Source of the DNA: Candidatus Woesearchaeota archaeon
Lineage (GTDB): Archaea > Nanobdellota > Nanobdellia > Nanobdellales > Nanobdellaceae
Direction of reading: 5' to 3'
DNA: 7,782 nt
NCBI GenBank assembly: GCA_964468425.1
Contig: CAYXSZ010000088.1
Coordinates: 1-7,782, forward strand
Shown here: piece by piece, positions 6,668 to 7,782 of the stretch
Layout: every line of letters starts with the position of its first letter
How positions within the stretch are numbered: the stretch's first letter is position 1
Translations under genes and position numbers: made by a program
Notes under the pieces: model-generated
The model's database searches: none
What the model saw: only the letters and a program-made list of their open reading frames with translations
What the model was told of the DNA's origin: nothing

Positions 6668-6722
6668 AAATGATGACGGATCAACGAACTGAGGGGTGAA
6701 GGAGGATAGCGGTAGCTGATTA
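6668..6722 (+). ncRNA. Candidate C/D box sRNA (2'-O-methylation guide); ends approximate
   Basis: C box ATGATGA at 6670-6676. 12-nt spacer CGGATCAACGAA at 6677-6688. D' box CTGA at 6689-6692. 3-nt linker. Degenerate C' GTGAAGG at 6696-6702. 13-nt spacer AGGATAGCGGTAG at 6703-6715. D box CTGA at 6716-6719. The core is about 50 nt, intergenic, locally GC-richer than its flanks, with a promoter at the correct distance. Confidence 0.45.
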
Positions 6723-7007
6723 TTCGATTTTCAAGGGTCTTTGCTCGAATAGAGCAAGCGCTATCTTCCTTCTCGCTGAATTTAAGAGTCTTGAAACTTT
6801 TGGTCTGGAAATGCAAAGTCTAAGCGAAACCTCTTCTTGCGAAAGCCCTTCAAAGTCTATCATCTTCAAGACAATAAGCTCTTCTTGACTGATAAAAATG
6901 GGCTCTGGGTTTGAAACTGGAACGGGGATTATTTGTTCTATCTCTAATTTTTTAGGTATTTTACAAGGAACTGGCTTCCTTCCCCTTCTTCGACATCTAA
7001 ATCTCAT
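6720..7007 (-). CDS. DUF134 / UPF0251 family putative DNA-binding protein (sigma-70 region-4-like HTH)
   Basis: 95 aa. The N-terminal basic Cys motif MRFRCRRRGRKP is followed by LSQEELIVLKMIDFEGLSQEEVSLRLCISRPKVSRLLNSARRKIA, matching the DUF134 pattern (LxxxExEAlrLxDxEGLsQeEaAxxMgVSRxTfxRxlxxARkKvA). It overlaps the upstream gene by 11 nt. Confidence 0.85.
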   Translation of the reverse strand: MRFRCRRRGRKPVPCKIPKKLEIEQIIPVPVSNPEPIFISQEELIVLKMIDFEGLSQEEVSLRLCISRPKVSRLLNSARRKIALALFEQRPLKIE

Positions 7008-7326
7008 ACTCTTCGAGCTCTCCTCTCTTAGCGAGCAATGCAGCCTCTTTTACAGTTATTCCTCGCGCAACTAAAGTTTTTACGCCCAAACTTCTTAAAA
7101 CTTCGTAGGAACCCCTTCCATATCTTCCAGAGATAAACGCTTCTATTCTCTTAGAAGCTACCAATTCAGTTAAAAAGGGACCTCTAGGTGCTACGTTATC
7201 AAAAACTTCCCAGGATTTTATTTCTCCGTTTTCAACATTCAAAACGATGATATACTTTGCAAATCCAAGACCAGGACTAACGAAGTCTTCCAATTTACTT
7301 CCGAGCGAAGCAACCGCGACGATCAT
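6997..7326 (-). CDS. NifX/NifB-C-terminal-like 'dinitrogenase FeMo-cofactor biosynthesis' domain protein; start revised from 7398 to 7326
   Basis: From Met25 of the track ORF the protein reads MIVAVASLGSKLEDFVSPGLGFAKYIIVLNVENGEI...SGRYGRGSYEVLRSLGVKTLV. This is the usual layout of the family (MKIAVaS..., F.i.d...g.i, G.gA...L...GI.v). The 24-aa track extension is encoded by the promoter region itself (TATA TTTTATAAAT, minus sense, about 7347-7357, 26 nt upstream of ATG 7326). Confidence 0.8.
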   Translation of the reverse strand: MIVAVASLGSKLEDFVSPGLGFAKYIIVLNVENGEIKSWEVFDNVAPRGPFLTELVASKRIEAFISGRYGRGSYEVLRSLGVKTLVARGITVKEAALLAKRGELEEYEI

Positions 7327-7345
7327 AAAATGATACTTTGTTAAA

Positions 7346-7380
7346 TTATTTATAAAATTTTCTACAAAAAGTTTATATAT
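7346..7380. promoter_or_regulatory. Back-to-back divergent promoters (minus TATA about 7347-7357; plus BRE/TATA AAAAAGTTTATAT 7366-7378)
   Basis: Each A/T box lies 23-29 nt from its cognate ATG (7326 on the minus strand, 7401 on the plus strand). The plus module is identical over 12 nt to the one at 6636-6647. Confidence 0.5.
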
Positions 7381-7400
7381 TTCTGAGCATATGTTCATAT

Positions 7401-7589
7401 ATGCCGGGACCTTGCATGTGGCTATACCTAAAGGAAAAGGGAATAGACATAGACCTAAAGAAGTGGTTTGAGCTAAGAGCTAAACTTGGGTTTGGGTTTG
7501 GAAAGGGTGGAGGACGAGGAAGAGGGCGAAGAATGGGTTGGAGAATAATAGAGCTCCTAGAGAAGGAGGGCTCTCGAGGCTCCCAATAG
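7401..7589 (+). CDS. Small Gly/Arg-rich (RGG-like) protein, 62 aa, unknown function; possibly a distant relative of the DUF5320-type G/R-rich mini-proteins found beside DUF134/NifX-like genes
   Basis: Track ORF MPGPCMWLYLKEKGIDIDLKKWFELRAKLGFGFGKGGGRGRGRRMGWRIIELLEKEGSRGSQ. Its K/E/G/R composition fits this genome. A consensus promoter ends 23 nt upstream, giving leaderless geometry. The oligo-T TTTTATTTTTT begins 2 nt after the stop. It is preferred over the antisense Pro-rich ORF. Confidence 0.45.
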   Translation: MPGPCMWLYLKEKGIDIDLKKWFELRAKLGFGFGKGGGRGRGRRMGWRIIELLEKEGSRGSQ

Positions 7590-7590
7590 G

Positions 7591-7601
7591 TTTTATTTTT
7601 T
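7591..7601 (+). terminator. Oligo-T archaeal terminator-like tract
   Basis: TTTTATTTTTT lies directly downstream of the TAG at 7587-7589. Confidence 0.4.
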
Positions 7602-7782
7602 AAACTTTCCAATCTATTTTTGGTTTTCCTTTACAGAATATAAAGCTAAGTAATAGATAGAAGTGAAGTACGGCGAGAATAGGTGCAGTTATTATTACAA
7701 ATAATATTGTTTGAAAAATACTTATACGCGCGTCTAAGTACATTGAAAGCACTTTCAACTCTACTATAGAAAGAGCTGTATA
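7600..7782 (-). CDS. Possible partial CDS (C-terminal 60 aa of a membrane protein entering from beyond the window end)
   Basis: Not in the track. Hand translation of the minus strand from 7782: YTALSIVELKVLSMYLDARISIFQTILFVIITAPILAVLHFYLLLSFIFCKGKPKIDWKV*, with the stop at 7600-7602. It contains one clear TM span. The open frame could also arise by chance in AT-rich sequence. Confidence 0.35.
   Translation of the reverse strand, partial: YTALSIVELKVLSMYLDARISIFQTILFVIITAPILAVLHFYLLLSFIFCKGKPKIDWKV

Noticed and set aside
7488-7537. Five GGG tracts (GGGTTTGGGTTTGG...) as a G-quadruplex or telomere-like repeat
   Set aside because: Loop lengths of 3, 8, 16 and 8 are mostly outside the classical 7-nt limit. 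The tracts are fully explained by Gly (GGN) and Arg (AGG/CGA) codons of the G/R-rich ORF.
7565-7585. Imperfect palindrome around CTCGAG (GGAGGGCTCTCGAGGCTCC) as a terminator hairpin
   Set aside because: The arms contain mismatches. It lies inside the small ORF coding sequence. Archaeal termination is adequately explained by the adjacent oligo-T tract.
7373-7612. 79-aa proline-rich minus-strand ORF as a real gene
   Set aside because: Its composition is unlike any other protein here (few K/E, many P/S). It overlaps the NifX-like track ORF start, the promoter boxes and the edge ORF. It is best explained as the complement of Gly/Arg codons on the plus strand. It is kept only as the alternative hypothesis in the findings.
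1-7782. CRISPR arrays, transposases, toxin-antitoxin or known defence-system genes
   Set aside because: I found no spaced direct repeats, no terminal inverted repeats and no recognisable nuclease/ATPase defence domains. The XRE-type HTH protein is a bona fide MBF1 (Zn ribbon plus conserved C-terminal motif), not an antitoxin.

Overview
Compact, AT-rich (roughly 40% GC by eye) archaeal chromosomal segment. The evidence is BRE/TATA boxes about 22-29 nt upstream of mostly leaderless start codons, 1-11 nt gene overlaps, oligo-T terminators, archaeal MBF1, DUF99 and DUF134 families, and a tRNA with all-G:C stems. That tRNA, set in an AT-rich background, suggests a (hyper)thermophile. Gene order: partial GH130-like glycosidase (-, not in the ORF track) | orphan 130-aa ORF coupled to tRNA m1A methyltransferase TrmI (+) | endonuclease-IV-like TIM barrel (+), converging on and overlapping SecD (-) | DUF99 <- MBF1 <- membrane protein (-, one tight operon with SecD) | PMI-type cupin (+) | tRNA-Ile(GAU) (+) | orphan secreted or anchored 161-aa protein (-) | candidate C/D box sRNA (+, intergenic) | DUF134 <- NifX-like (-) | small Gly/Arg-rich ORF (+) | partial membrane ORF (-, not in the track). 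I see no CRISPR array, transposase, integrase or recognisable defence genes, so this is mostly housekeeping context. The items most worth follow-up are: (1) an unannotated C/D box sRNA candidate with canonical box spacing, driven by the same promoter module as two leaderless genes; (2) the translationally coupled MBF1-DUF99 (EndoV-like) pair; (3) the poorly understood NifX-like/DUF134/Gly-Arg-rich mini-protein locus; (4) the orphan ORF coupled to TrmI. All family assignments come from motif recognition by eye. No searches were run.
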